The position numbers and the translations under genes are program-made. Under the pieces are notes generated by a model. It was not told the origin of the DNA, made no database searches, and saw only the letters and a list, made by a program, of their open reading frames with translations. Below are positions 1-9,195 of a stretch of 64,000 bases of DNA, in pieces. The stretch is from a virus (taxonomy: Duplodnaviria; Caudoviricetes), in IMG/VR virus record IMGVR_UViG_3300037067_021710, one strand, 5' to 3'. Within the stretch, counting starts at the first letter, position 1, and every line of letters starts with the position of its first letter.

Positions 1-9
1 ATTAGTAAC

Positions 10-1389
10 TTATTCTTTAATAACTACTTTTGGTCTGATTCTAAATGTGTTAACGTCAAAAATAAATGGAATACGAAAAAGAGGTCCATTATTGTTTTTA
101 ATAGCCCCTAAAAATACAATATCCTCTTCTAATTCCCATTCATCATTTCTATCTGGAAAATATTTTCGCTTAAAATATAAAGGCCTAAACACAGACAAAA
201 CTAATCGGCAACGAGATCTCCATCCACCACCACCCATAATATCTTCATCTACATATACATGATGGTCTATTTCTTCAGGAGTTTTAAATTTTAGCCCATT
301 TCTTGTACGATTTTCATTAGCTTGTACAACTAATAACGTATGAACTCCATGTCTTTCAGTTATTCTATGAAATTCATCCGCCCCTTTTTCAACCCCATCA
401 CCATAATTACCTGAAAGTTCTTTTACCATACTAGCCAAGTCTATTATTACTAGACAGTATTCATCATCTTTAAATACTCCATTTTGCCTGAAAAGGTTTT
501 TAGATTGCATTATAAGATAATCAACATCATTTAATGATAAAGAAGACTCTTTTATATGAATATAATTTTTTATTTGAGAAAATTGAGATAATGATCGTTC
601 TATTCTCGCATTAAAACGAACATCTCTATTAGCCCCATATAATTCTGAGAACGGCTCTCCGAGTCTCATAGCCATTGCTCTGTCCATTTCTGAGTCAATT
701 GCATTTTCAGTTCCTATTTTAATAACAGGAACTCCTTTTGAAATAAGTTCCAATTGAATATTTTGAGCCATAGCAGATTTTCCTACTCCGCTAGGGCCAA
801 ATAATAAAGTCATTTCATTAGGTTCTGCACACCTAATTGCTCGATCTTTTATAATCTTATACCCTAAACTTCTTTCTCGAAGTCCTTCATTGCGCTTTTG
901 TAATGTAATTGTGTATTGATCTACTAAATCTTTAGCAGTTAATAATCGTTTTTCACTATGAAGTTGAGAAATATTTTCTTTAATTGAGTCTGCTAATCGA
1001 AGTAATTTATCAGAATCTAATCCTTGCCCCCGTTGAACTTCAGTAAGAACTTCTTCAATTATTTCAAGATTAAGTCTATTTTTAACATAATTTTCTTTAA
1101 TACATTGTACAACAAAATCTATATTTTCAAAATCAGTATATTCAGTTTGTAATTTTAAAAGATGATCTTTAGTAATTTTATCTGATTTTTGCTTAGTATA
1201 ATGAAAAAGTTCATCAATAGTAAATTGAAGATTTGCTTTTGTTATTTCTGTAATAGCTTCACAAATTATTCTAACTTCATCATTTAATATAAGAGACAAA
1301 TCTAATTGATAAGCCTCTTCTGGTTTTTGCATAAGATAAGCAGCAAACTTTTCCTCATTATGAAGATTAGATGAAAGAATACTTGACAA
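10..1389 (-). CDS. DnaB-like replicative helicase
   Basis: Walker A GPSGVGKS, IIDL Walker B, VVQANE and KNNNG motifs of SF4 helicases; 459 aa. Confidence 0.85.
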   Translation of the reverse strand: MSSILSSNLHNEEKFAAYLMQKPEEAYQLDLSLILNDEVRIICEAITEITKANLQFTIDELFHYTKQKSDKITKDHLLKLQTEYTDFENIDFVVQCIKENYVKNRLNLEIIEEVLTEVQRGQGLDSDKLLRLADSIKENISQLHSEKRLLTAKDLVDQYTITLQKRNEGLRERSLGYKIIKDRAIRCAEPNEMTLLFGPSGVGKSAMAQNIQLELISKGVPVIKIGTENAIDSEMDRAMAMRLGEPFSELYGANRDVRFNARIERSLSQFSQIKNYIHIKESSLSLNDVDYLIMQSKNLFRQNGVFKDDEYCLVIIDLASMVKELSGNYGDGVEKGADEFHRITERHGVHTLLVVQANENRTRNGLKFKTPEEIDHHVYVDEDIMGGGGWRSRCRLVLSVFRPLYFKRKYFPDRNDEWELEEDIVFLGAIKNNNGPLFRIPFIFDVNTFRIRPKVVIKE

Positions 1390-1398
1390 TAATTTCTC

Positions 1399-1569
1399 CT
1401 ATATATCTGAACGAAACTGCTTAAACTTTTTGCGAATTAAAATTAAAAAAGCTTTTAAAATTTCTTCATCTTTAAGTTCTTTTAGAGGTAAATAAGTAGT
1501 GCCTAAAATGAATTCATAAATCTCTAAAGCTTTCTTTTCTGCAAGAGATAATTCTTTATATTTAGGCAT
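1399..1569 (-). CDS. small hypothetical protein (56 aa, MPKYKELSLAEKK...)
   Basis: Read by hand; ATG preceded by GAGG, fills the gap between the exonuclease and helicase genes. Confidence 0.55.
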   Translation of the reverse strand: MPKYKELSLAEKKALEIYEFILGTTYLPLKELKDEEILKAFLILIRKKFKQFRSDI

Positions 1570-1579
1570 AATTTCCTCA

Positions 1580-2521
1580 TTAAAGTCTTCTTGGTCGTTT
1601 TTGTATAAAAAATGTTTGTCTATTTATTTTATTAGTCATGTCTGACTCAAGAGGTAATTCAAGAGATTCAAAATATATTTTTAAAAGTTTTACATTACGT
1701 TTGCAATCAATTATATATTGCCGTAATTCTATATCTAGTATAACAAAATCAACTAAAGTAAAATTTTTCCGAACATCATTTTCAGCTTCTTGTAACTTTA
1801 ATTTCCATTGTCGAGGAACTATACAGCACTCTTTCCACAAATTAAAATACAAATCATCAACAGACTCAAATTGATTTACAATTTGAAGTAATATTTCTGT
1901 AGGAATATAAGGAACTGCATTAGTTATATTATCGCTTTTATCTCCATGAATAGCTTTATATAATTGTATTGCTTTTCCTTTACTTGGGTCAAAACCAAAT
2001 TTTTTATTAAAAGAAGTTATTGTATAAATCTCATTATAATTATACCAATCTACGTCTTCAGTTATATTCCTGGCCCAGTCAAGATCATTTGAAATTAATA
2101 AAGCTTTATTATTTTCATCTATTTGTAATTGTTTAATTAAGGGGTCAGTTAAATCATCAGCTTCTAATGAGGGTACTTTAATAACATGAAATTTATTTGA
2201 ATAACTTTTTAAAATTTCAACAAAAATAGCAAGAGCTTCATAAATGCCTTTTGGTACTGATTTTTTTAATCGAGTACTTTTATACTCAGAGTCTATAAGT
2301 TTTCTAATGTGAAGAACAGTTTCTGGATTATCAAAAAGCAAATATATATCTGAAGAATTATAAGCAAATTTCTTTTGTAAATTTCTCAACATTTTTAAAG
2401 TGTGGTCTATAGCGCAAGAAGCTAATTTAGTTTCATCAGTAGTAATGCAATCTTTTATAGAAACTACAAATGATCTCCACCAAAGATTTGTTGCATCAAT
2501 TATAATATGCTGATACTTCAA
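1580..2521 (-). CDS. 5'-3' exonuclease / flap endonuclease (T4 RNase H-like)
   Basis: IIDATN, FD, YKSTR, EADD, SNDLD and GDKSDNI motifs; start moved to the TTG at 2521 after an AAGGA SD. Confidence 0.85.
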   Translation of the reverse strand: MKYQHIIIDATNLWWRSFVVSIKDCITTDETKLASCAIDHTLKMLRNLQKKFAYNSSDIYLLFDNPETVLHIRKLIDSEYKSTRLKKSVPKGIYEALAIFVEILKSYSNKFHVIKVPSLEADDLTDPLIKQLQIDENNKALLISNDLDWARNITEDVDWYNYNEIYTITSFNKKFGFDPSKGKAIQLYKAIHGDKSDNITNAVPYIPTEILLQIVNQFESVDDLYFNLWKECCIVPRQWKLKLQEAENDVRKNFTLVDFVILDIELRQYIIDCKRNVKLLKIYFESLELPLESDMTNKINRQTFFIQKRPRRL

Positions 2522-2569
2522 GTTATATTCCTTTAAGTATATATACAAAAAATTTAAAAATTATAAAAT

Positions 2570-3010
2570 TTATTGTTCTGAATCAGAAAGCTCTGCATCA
2601 CTAAATTTTTCTAAAAGCTTAGCAACTCTTCTGGCAATTTTAATATCTTCAACGTTTAAATTATCACCAACATTGCCAAGTCTTCCTGCATCTGCCTCTT
2701 TTTCAATTTGATAAAAATCTTTTATAGAAGTAATAAGGCCTAAAATAAATTCATTATCAGACTTACTAAGTACACCCAATAAATGAGTTAAAGAAACTAA
2801 GTCAATATCTTCATTTGGGTCTGTTAGCTTAGTGAGAATTTTTGCTGTTACTACACTTTTAAGTTTATTTTCAGCTGTAGCTTTTGCAACTTGAGCATCA
2901 ACAAAAGCAATAAGATTTAAACTACGAATACTTTTAATTTGAGTTCGATCAAGCTCTGCTTGAGAAGGTATTTCAATTTCTTTAATAATGTTTTCTACAT
3001 CAGTTCCCAT
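2570..3010 (-). CDS. hypothetical helical protein
   Basis: 146-aa ORF directly downstream of 3014..3472. Confidence 0.6.
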   Translation of the reverse strand: MGTDVENIIKEIEIPSQAELDRTQIKSIRSLNLIAFVDAQVAKATAENKLKSVVTAKILTKLTDPNEDIDLVSLTHLLGVLSKSDNEFILGLITSIKDFYQIEKEADAGRLGNVGDNLNVEDIKIARRVAKLLEKFSDAELSDSEQ

Positions 3011-3013
3011 ACT

Positions 3014-3472
3014 TTATAACCTATTAATTACATTTTTTATATCATATAACTTTGAATTCATTAAAATATCCATAAATTCAGGAGTAGTTTCATCAACAAT
3101 CTTTTTAATTTTTTTACCTAAAGAAATTGAATTAAACTTTTCTTCATCAGAATTTTCTAATTTTAAATAGTCTTTAATTGTAGGCCAATCCCATTTTTGA
3201 ACTTCTCGAAGGTAAAAACAAGCAGTTAAAATTTTTAAATCTTTGTATTGTTCTTTTGTAGGTATTCTTATTTCAGCGCCATCATAATATGAAATAAGTT
3301 TACTTAAAGACTCCGAGTCAAGCAGTTTTGCTAAAATAAATAAATCATTATCTTGAGCCTCTAAAGTATACATAAATAAAGATAAAGCATTAAATGCTTT
3401 TTCAGTATTATACTCAGAAGACTCAAAATATTCTTTTAGAGATTGCTCTAATATTTTATTAAAAGGTTGCAT
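3014..3472 (-). CDS. hypothetical protein, weakly Mor/C transcription-activator-like
   Basis: LSKLISYYDGAEIRIP resembles the Mor-family L..fGG..iyiP segment; strong AGGGAG SD. Confidence 0.4.
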   Translation of the reverse strand: MQPFNKILEQSLKEYFESSEYNTEKAFNALSLFMYTLEAQDNDLFILAKLLDSESLSKLISYYDGAEIRIPTKEQYKDLKILTACFYLREVQKWDWPTIKDYLKLENSDEEKFNSISLGKKIKKIVDETTPEFMDILMNSKLYDIKNVINRL

Positions 3473-3514
3473 AAGACTCTCCCTATAATAATTAGTACTT
3501 TTAGGGAGAGCCTT
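3473..3514 (-). promoter_or_regulatory. RBS-sequestering hairpin with late-promoter motif in the loop
   Basis: Minus strand reads AAGGCTCTCCCTA-AAAGTACTAATTATTA-TAGGGAGAGTCTT-ATG; 13-bp stem (one G-U) covers the SD. Confidence 0.7.
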
Positions 3515-3537
3515 AAGCTTAAATTAAGTGAATACTA

Positions 3538-3735
3538 CTAACGGTAAGTCCCTTCACTATACATATTTAGACCCTGCTCTTCCAGAAAAAACATTACTTG
3601 ACGTACCGGAAGGCCATAACGCTCAGAAATAAGACGAGCATTACAAGTAGGTTTTCGGGTTTTATTTCCAAAATAAGAGGAAAGAACCCACGACTGTTGT
3701 TTTTTGTTGAGAGTAACTTGTGTTGGTTTAGCCAT
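3538..3735 (-). CDS. small HTH-like protein
   Basis: NARLISERYGLPVRQVMFFL is a helix-turn-helix-like pattern; GGAG SD. Confidence 0.45.
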   Translation of the reverse strand: MAKPTQVTLNKKQQSWVLSSYFGNKTRKPTCNARLISERYGLPVRQVMFFLEEQGLNMYSEGTYR

Positions 3736-3753
3736 TGTGAAACTCCTTAAATT

Positions 3754-4584
3754 TTATTTGTTTGCTTCTTGCAAATTTAGTAATTCTAATCGAACGGCTT
3801 CTAATGTTTTTAAAAACCATTGTTTTCGTTTTCTACCATAAGTACTATATTGAGCTATTTTCCCGTTTTTCTTACGTTCTTCTTGAAATAATTTATCTGC
3901 AAACTTTTCCCCTAATCGCAAGTTTAAATCAAAAGCTAAAAGTCGTACTAGGTCATCCCCCTTTGTTGGGCAGTAAGCTGAAATTTTAAAAATAAATTGA
4001 GTAACATGATTTAACAAATAAAGCCTATTTTCATAGTCATCAATTTGGTCATAACTATTTTGAGATTGCTTGTCTTCATGATAAGAATTTCCATCACTAT
4101 GCTCATCATCAAATTCCCAATTTAACGAAATATCTTCTTGAAGTCTTTCTTGTTTATTAAAAATTACCTGTTTTATTTTAGAAACTAAATATCCACCAAA
4201 TGAAGCATACATTCTAAAATCATTTCCATCAGTATACACATTTGGAGTAAAATATTTATAATACTCCTCAATCACAAAAGAAGCTGCATTTTCTGCAAAA
4301 TAATTAATATCCTCTTCACAAGTTATATATGAAGAATAATATTTTTTAATTAAACTTTTAGCATAAATTATGAGGTATTTAGCTAATTCATTCAAATATT
4401 TAATATTTTTACCACTATCAAAATAACTATCTTGCATAATCATTAAAGTTCGTTCGATTTTTGGTATATTAGAATATGAAATTCCACATTTTGGGCATAC
4501 CATTTTTGTTTTTAACCAAGACATTTTTTCTTTTTCAGTTATATAAAATTTATGAGAACAAAAATTGCACGTAGATAATCGCAT
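3754..4584 (-). CDS. putative phage sigma factor with N-terminal zinc ribbon
   Basis: CNFC...CPKC ribbon, then YAKSLIKKY...EDI...ASFGGYLVSKIKQVI...DISLN resembling sigma70 region 2-3. Confidence 0.45.
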   Translation of the reverse strand: MRLSTCNFCSHKFYITEKEKMSWLKTKMVCPKCGISYSNIPKIERTLMIMQDSYFDSGKNIKYLNELAKYLIIYAKSLIKKYYSSYITCEEDINYFAENAASFVIEEYYKYFTPNVYTDGNDFRMYASFGGYLVSKIKQVIFNKQERLQEDISLNWEFDDEHSDGNSYHEDKQSQNSYDQIDDYENRLYLLNHVTQFIFKISAYCPTKGDDLVRLLAFDLNLRLGEKFADKLFQEERKKNGKIAQYSTYGRKRKQWFLKTLEAVRLELLNLQEANK

Positions 4585-4591
4585 AAATTAG

Positions 4592-7500
4592 TTATACCTT
4601 TTCTATATATTTTTTAAGTTCATCATTACGAGCTTGAATAGAGGCTAATTCTATTTTCCATTCATTTGGATGGTTTTTCCAATAAGCCCATGATTTTCCA
4701 AACCCCCATATTTCTCCTAATTTAGTATCTACAGTTAACTGAACTTTATTTTCTCCTTTATTTTTATAATATGGATAAGACATCCATCTTTCTGAAATTT
4801 CTATTGCCTCTTCAATTTCAGGTATATAGAATTCACTAACTATTGAATCATGTACATTATTAAGTATACGAGACTTCATATTTTTTTTCTTAAATTCTTT
4901 TCTAATATTCCCCATTGCTAAAATTGTAGTTTGCCCAGAAGTTCCCTGAATCGGAGCATTTATACTTGCATTAACTTGGTTACTTAAAATAGATTTCATT
5001 TCACCAAGATATTTTTTCATGAACATATTACCAAAATGTTCTTCTAACGTTTTACAAGTTCTATAAGTGAGTCTTGGAAGGCGTCGTTTTCTACCATACA
5101 TTGTAGTCACATAGCCATGAGTTCCACAAAACTTTTTGTATTCATCCATATATTGTTTATATTCTGGGTAAGCATCATAAAAAGCTTCTAATAATTGCTC
5201 AGCTACTTTTGAATCTATTTTTAATTGTTGGCCTAATCCGAAGCCAGTACTTCCATAAAAAGCAGAAAAATTAACTGTTTTTATTTCACCCCTAAAAGAT
5301 TCAAGAAGTTTTTCTTCTTGGCCTTCAATTTTTGTTTTATTATATAATCCTTCATAGGTTAAATCGCAGTCATCAAAAAAAGTATAAAGATCAAATTTAT
5401 CACCATAATGTTCATATAATTTTCTTTCACTCACAAAACGAGAACTCATCCAAGTAGCTATAGTAAATCTGTCTAGAACTTCTGCTACTTTGGCCCCAGT
5501 ATAACAATGCATATCTTTATCATTAAGAATTAAATCTTCAAGGGGGCCTTTTCCAGAAATTTGAGATCCAATTCTAATTTCCATAGCTTGATAATCTTGC
5601 TCAACTAATACAAAACCTTCAGATGGAAGAAAGATTTTTCTAAAACTAGGAGTTTTTGGCATATTTTGAAAATTAACCGTAGCATTTAACCCACCACCAC
5701 CAGACATTCTACCAGTTTTTGTTCCGTATAATTTATACCCACCATAAAGACGCCCTTTATAAATAGAGGCTACAAATCCTTTTTTACTAATCTTTATTGC
5801 TTCATCTTCGATTTCATCAGCATCTTCAATATTTAGAAATTCAGGAGTTTCTTCATCTTCTTTTTCACTAGTACTATTATTTAACTTTATACCAAATTGA
5901 GAAAGTTCTTTTGTAAGATGATTATACACGATAATTTTCTTAGCAAAATCAAGCCCAAAATCAGCATAACAATTCATTGCTTCTTTATTAACTTGAAAGG
6001 TTCCAGCTTTTGTTTTAAATTTTTGTTTTTCAGATTCAGGTAACTTCCTAAATTTAGAAAGGTCATTTAAAAAGTTAGCAACTACTTCACCTAATTGCAA
6101 ATTACTTTTTAAATTAAATTCTTTATTTGCTAAGGTATAAATTTCACTTTTAAGGCCTAAAGCTTGAATTTTTAATGACTCTGCATATTCATCTAATTCT
6201 TTTTTGTCAATTTGAGTTCCAGTCATTTCAATATCAGTAATCATTTCAACTGCAGGCATCATTCGTTGGTAAAAATCTTCTTTTACACAAGAATCTTCTA
6301 AATCTAATCTTCTCAAAAAATATGTATATAATTGATACGTTATTATAGCATCATAACAAGCATATTTAACTAAAATATCTGTAGGCATTTGAGAAAAATC
6401 AGCGACTTTATGCTCTTTTAATTTATAGTCTTTAACCCATTGTTTTTGCTCAGCTTCATACCCACCTTCAGTTGTATAAATCCAAGCCAAAGCTTTTAAA
6501 CTATTTGGACTATTTTCATTTAAAACATGAGCTGCTAACATTGTATCAAAAGTACATTTGGCTTCACTAATTCCTTTTGCTCTAAGAAATTTTAAGTCAA
6601 ATTGTGCATTTTGATAAATCCAAGTAATTGCTATATTTGAGAAAAAAGAATTTAAAAGTGCTTTATCAATTTTATCAAAAGGCAAAAAATATCCAGTTAT
6701 ACCATCATAAGATAAAGAAATATTATGCAAAGTATCTTCAAAATAATTAAATCCACTTGTTTCAGTGTCAATAGCAATTGCAGTAATAGATTTATTATTT
6801 ATAAGCTCTTGTATAAATTTATTTGGGTCATCAATATAGGTAAATTTTAATTCTTGTTTTCTAATTGGTCTTTCATTTGTAGCTTTTATTGCTCTTATAA
6901 GCTGGTCTTTGGACCATTTCCATTCGTAATTATCAAATCCCTGAGTTTTATAAAGAGGGGCAATCGGAAATACTTTACAATTAAATTCTTTTGAATATAA
7001 CCAGGAGTCATCAATCATCCAATCTTTTAAAGGATTGTTTTCGCCAAGTTCAGATTTATTAATAGGAACAAAAAAATGCCCACCAACATTTTTTTGTTTA
7101 ATAGCTTCAACAATTTTAAACATTGTATTTTCAGTAATAGAATATATTGCTCTACCAGTAGTAACAATAATTTTTGGAGCAATAATATCTATAATTTCTT
7201 TTACATTTTGTTTTTTACAAGAGACATAAGCCCCAGCAGCCTCATTAATTTTATAATCTTCACTTGCACAACCAACAGCATGAATAACACCATAAGTAAG
7301 TTTATGAACTCGAAATAAATTATCACAGTATTTATAAAAAGGCTTTGTCTTTAAATCCTTTTCTGGATGTTCTAAAAGAAGTAAAACATCAATTTTAGTT
7401 TTAGAGCAATAATTATAAATTTCTTCTGTTCCAATTAGTAACTTAACTAAATTAGCTTTTGAATTAAAAACTCTTAATTCACGAGCTCGACGCAAAGTAT

Positions 7501-7714
7501 CTTGGCAGGCTTTCGCTCCTAAAGGGCACCAACATAGCCCTTCTACATAATTTTCATGGGGTTGTTTTTTTGACTTTAATGGAGCTGGAAGTTTTTGTTG
7601 GTTGAAATTTAAAGGTTGAGAAAGTTGAGAAAGTTCTTGTACAGAACTTTTTTTAATTTTTAAAGAAGATTTTTTTACTTCTTCAGGTTTTTTTTGCTGA
7701 AATAATTGGGTCAT
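4592..7714 (-). CDS. family A DNA polymerase with N-terminal UDG-like domain and 3'-5' exonuclease
   Basis: ExoI IDTETSG, ExoII NAQFDL, ExoIII YACYD; Pol motifs DYQAMEIR, KTVNFSAFYG, VHDS; N-terminal HAVGC...APKIIVTTG UDG fold. Confidence 0.93.
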   Translation of the reverse strand: MTQLFQQKKPEEVKKSSLKIKKSSVQELSQLSQPLNFNQQKLPAPLKSKKQPHENYVEGLCWCPLGAKACQDTLRRARELRVFNSKANLVKLLIGTEEIYNYCSKTKIDVLLLLEHPEKDLKTKPFYKYCDNLFRVHKLTYGVIHAVGCASEDYKINEAAGAYVSCKKQNVKEIIDIIAPKIIVTTGRAIYSITENTMFKIVEAIKQKNVGGHFFVPINKSELGENNPLKDWMIDDSWLYSKEFNCKVFPIAPLYKTQGFDNYEWKWSKDQLIRAIKATNERPIRKQELKFTYIDDPNKFIQELINNKSITAIAIDTETSGFNYFEDTLHNISLSYDGITGYFLPFDKIDKALLNSFFSNIAITWIYQNAQFDLKFLRAKGISEAKCTFDTMLAAHVLNENSPNSLKALAWIYTTEGGYEAEQKQWVKDYKLKEHKVADFSQMPTDILVKYACYDAIITYQLYTYFLRRLDLEDSCVKEDFYQRMMPAVEMITDIEMTGTQIDKKELDEYAESLKIQALGLKSEIYTLANKEFNLKSNLQLGEVVANFLNDLSKFRKLPESEKQKFKTKAGTFQVNKEAMNCYADFGLDFAKKIIVYNHLTKELSQFGIKLNNSTSEKEDEETPEFLNIEDADEIEDEAIKISKKGFVASIYKGRLYGGYKLYGTKTGRMSGGGGLNATVNFQNMPKTPSFRKIFLPSEGFVLVEQDYQAMEIRIGSQISGKGPLEDLILNDKDMHCYTGAKVAEVLDRFTIATWMSSRFVSERKLYEHYGDKFDLYTFFDDCDLTYEGLYNKTKIEGQEEKLLESFRGEIKTVNFSAFYGSTGFGLGQQLKIDSKVAEQLLEAFYDAYPEYKQYMDEYKKFCGTHGYVTTMYGRKRRLPRLTYRTCKTLEEHFGNMFMKKYLGEMKSILSNQVNASINAPIQGTSGQTTILAMGNIRKEFKKKNMKSRILNNVHDSIVSEFYIPEIEEAIEISERWMSYPYYKNKGENKVQLTVDTKLGEIWGFGKSWAYWKNHPNEWKIELASIQARNDELKKYIEKV

Positions 7715-7716
7715 AA

Positions 7717-7944
7717 TTATTCTATAATTAAATCACCTTTTTTCAATTCAAGAGGAGTAAAATCACCTTTTAAAGCATTTGCAGTTTGAAAACTAAAAAT
7801 AGTATCTTTTTCATGAAGCTTAATATTATTACCAGAGGTTAAAACAATATTATATAAATTACCCCAAAGATCCTTACCAATATTCTCAATTTTTAAAATT
7901 CTTGAGCATTTAAACTTAGTAGATTTTTCGGTAAACATTGACAT
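7717..7944 (-). CDS. small protein with degenerate Hint-like pattern
   Basis: LYNIVLTSGNNIKL...LELKKGDLI; lies immediately upstream of the polymerase. Confidence 0.5.
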   Translation of the reverse strand: MSMFTEKSTKFKCSRILKIENIGKDLWGNLYNIVLTSGNNIKLHEKDTIFSFQTANALKGDFTPLELKKGDLIIE

Positions 7945-7963
7945 AAGTTTTCCTTATAAATTA

Positions 7964-7973
7964 ATAATACAAA
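7964..7973 (-). promoter_or_regulatory. early/middle-class promoter motif TTTGTATTAT (polymerase operon; representative site)
   Basis: TTTG plus TATAAT-like hexamer; recurs at 2540, 14509, 20406, 21434, 31430, 33826, 35304, 35712 (minus) and 35781, 37683, 41625 (plus). Confidence 0.65.
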
Positions 7974-7994
7974 ACTAAGAGAATTTATAAACAA

Positions 7995-8498
7995 TTATAA
8001 ATTTTCAAAAACAGAATAATCTTCAACTACTAATTTACGAATTTTAACATCACATTCTTTAGCAAAAGTTAAACTTTCGGGGTCTGTTTTATCATAATCA
8101 TATAAATAAACAATTTCCTTTATTCCGCTAATAATCATTAATTTTAAACAATCTTGGCATGGAGATAAAGTTTGGTATACAATTGCTCCATCTAATGAAA
8201 TACCCTCTTTAGAAGCTCCTCCGAGCAGAGATTGCTCACTATGAATTTCATATTTTAATGAAAAATTATGGTGGGCTTCTCTCCATTCCTCATGAGTAGC
8301 AAAATGGTCTGGGCAAAGAAGTATATTATCATCGCAGTTAATGAATCCGGGAGGTGTCCCATTAATTCCTGTATATAAAATATGACCCTTTTTAACAGCA
8401 ACTGCTGCTACTTTAAAGCTCCTACAATGAGACTGTTTAGAAGCCAAAACAGCTATTTTCATAAACATTAAATCATACTGTTGTTTTTTTGTTTTCAT
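7995..8498 (-). CDS. dCMP deaminase
   Basis: TGINGTPPG, HSEQ and SPCQDC zinc motifs; likely start MKTKKQQ at 8498. Confidence 0.9.
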   Translation of the reverse strand: MKTKKQQYDLMFMKIAVLASKQSHCRSFKVAAVAVKKGHILYTGINGTPPGFINCDDNILLCPDHFATHEEWREAHHNFSLKYEIHSEQSLLGGASKEGISLDGAIVYQTLSPCQDCLKLMIISGIKEIVYLYDYDKTDPESLTFAKECDVKIRKLVVEDYSVFENL

Positions 8499-9195
8499 AC
8501 CACTCCACCATATTATGTAATAGTTGAAAATGTTTTTCATAAATGTGAGCTGTATTAGCTATATAAATTAAAGAGTCTGGTTTTAAATTTGGGTAATATT
8601 TTACTAATTCACAAAAAAGTTTATTATATACATGGCAGTGCCAAAATAAGTCTGAAAAAAAGCCGTATATAAGATCCATAGATCTTTGATTAACAATATA
8701 AATTAGCTTATCATCTCGTATAAAATGACTTGTAGCAAAAGTACACATAAATTCCTGCATTCCATCTCTACAATAATCGTACTGCATCGAAGGTCTATTA
8801 TAAATCATACAAGATCGACGTGACTCTTTATTTCGTTTTAATTCTTCTAAAGCATTAGAAAATTGATAATAATTCTCCTTTGAAAAAATACACCATCCAT
8901 AATTCGAATTTATATTTCCATGTTTATCAGCAATCTTTTTCCATAGGCCAGCTATATTCCCAATAATGTCTACACTTAATGATTGAGATTCATACCACTT
9001 TATTTCTTCTTCACAATATTTAATTGGAGTTTTTCTAACTCCAAAATCAAGAATGGGTTGTGTAGGGTCTAGTTCAATTTTAAAACCTAAAATTTCAACA
9101 GTTTTGCTTCCACTTTTATCAATAACAAAGTCTTCAGCAAGAAGTTTATTATTTAAGGCTTTAAATATTGGATATAATCTGTTTTCATTTGTCAT
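8473..9195 (-). CDS. dCMP hydroxymethylase (T4 gp42-like, thymidylate synthase fold)
   Basis: DFVIDKSGSKTVEI, INSNYGW, SRR, RPSMQYDY..DGM..FMCT and RSMD..YGF.SD closely recall T4 gp42, including the cytosine-specifying Asp; likely start MTNENR at 9195. Confidence 0.88.
   Translation of the reverse strand: MTNENRLYPIFKALNNKLLAEDFVIDKSGSKTVEILGFKIELDPTQPILDFGVRKTPIKYCEEEIKWYESQSLSVDIIGNIAGLWKKIADKHGNINSNYGWCIFSKENYYQFSNALEELKRNKESRRSCMIYNRPSMQYDYCRDGMQEFMCTFATSHFIRDDKLIYIVNQRSMDLIYGFFSDLFWHCHVYNKLFCELVKYYPNLKPDSLIYIANTAHIYEKHFQLLHNMVEWYENKKTTV

Noticed and set aside
8473-9195. Ordinary thymidylate synthase or dUMP hydroxymethylase
   Set aside because: It has Asp rather than Asn at the base-specificity position and follows T4 gp42 motifs closely
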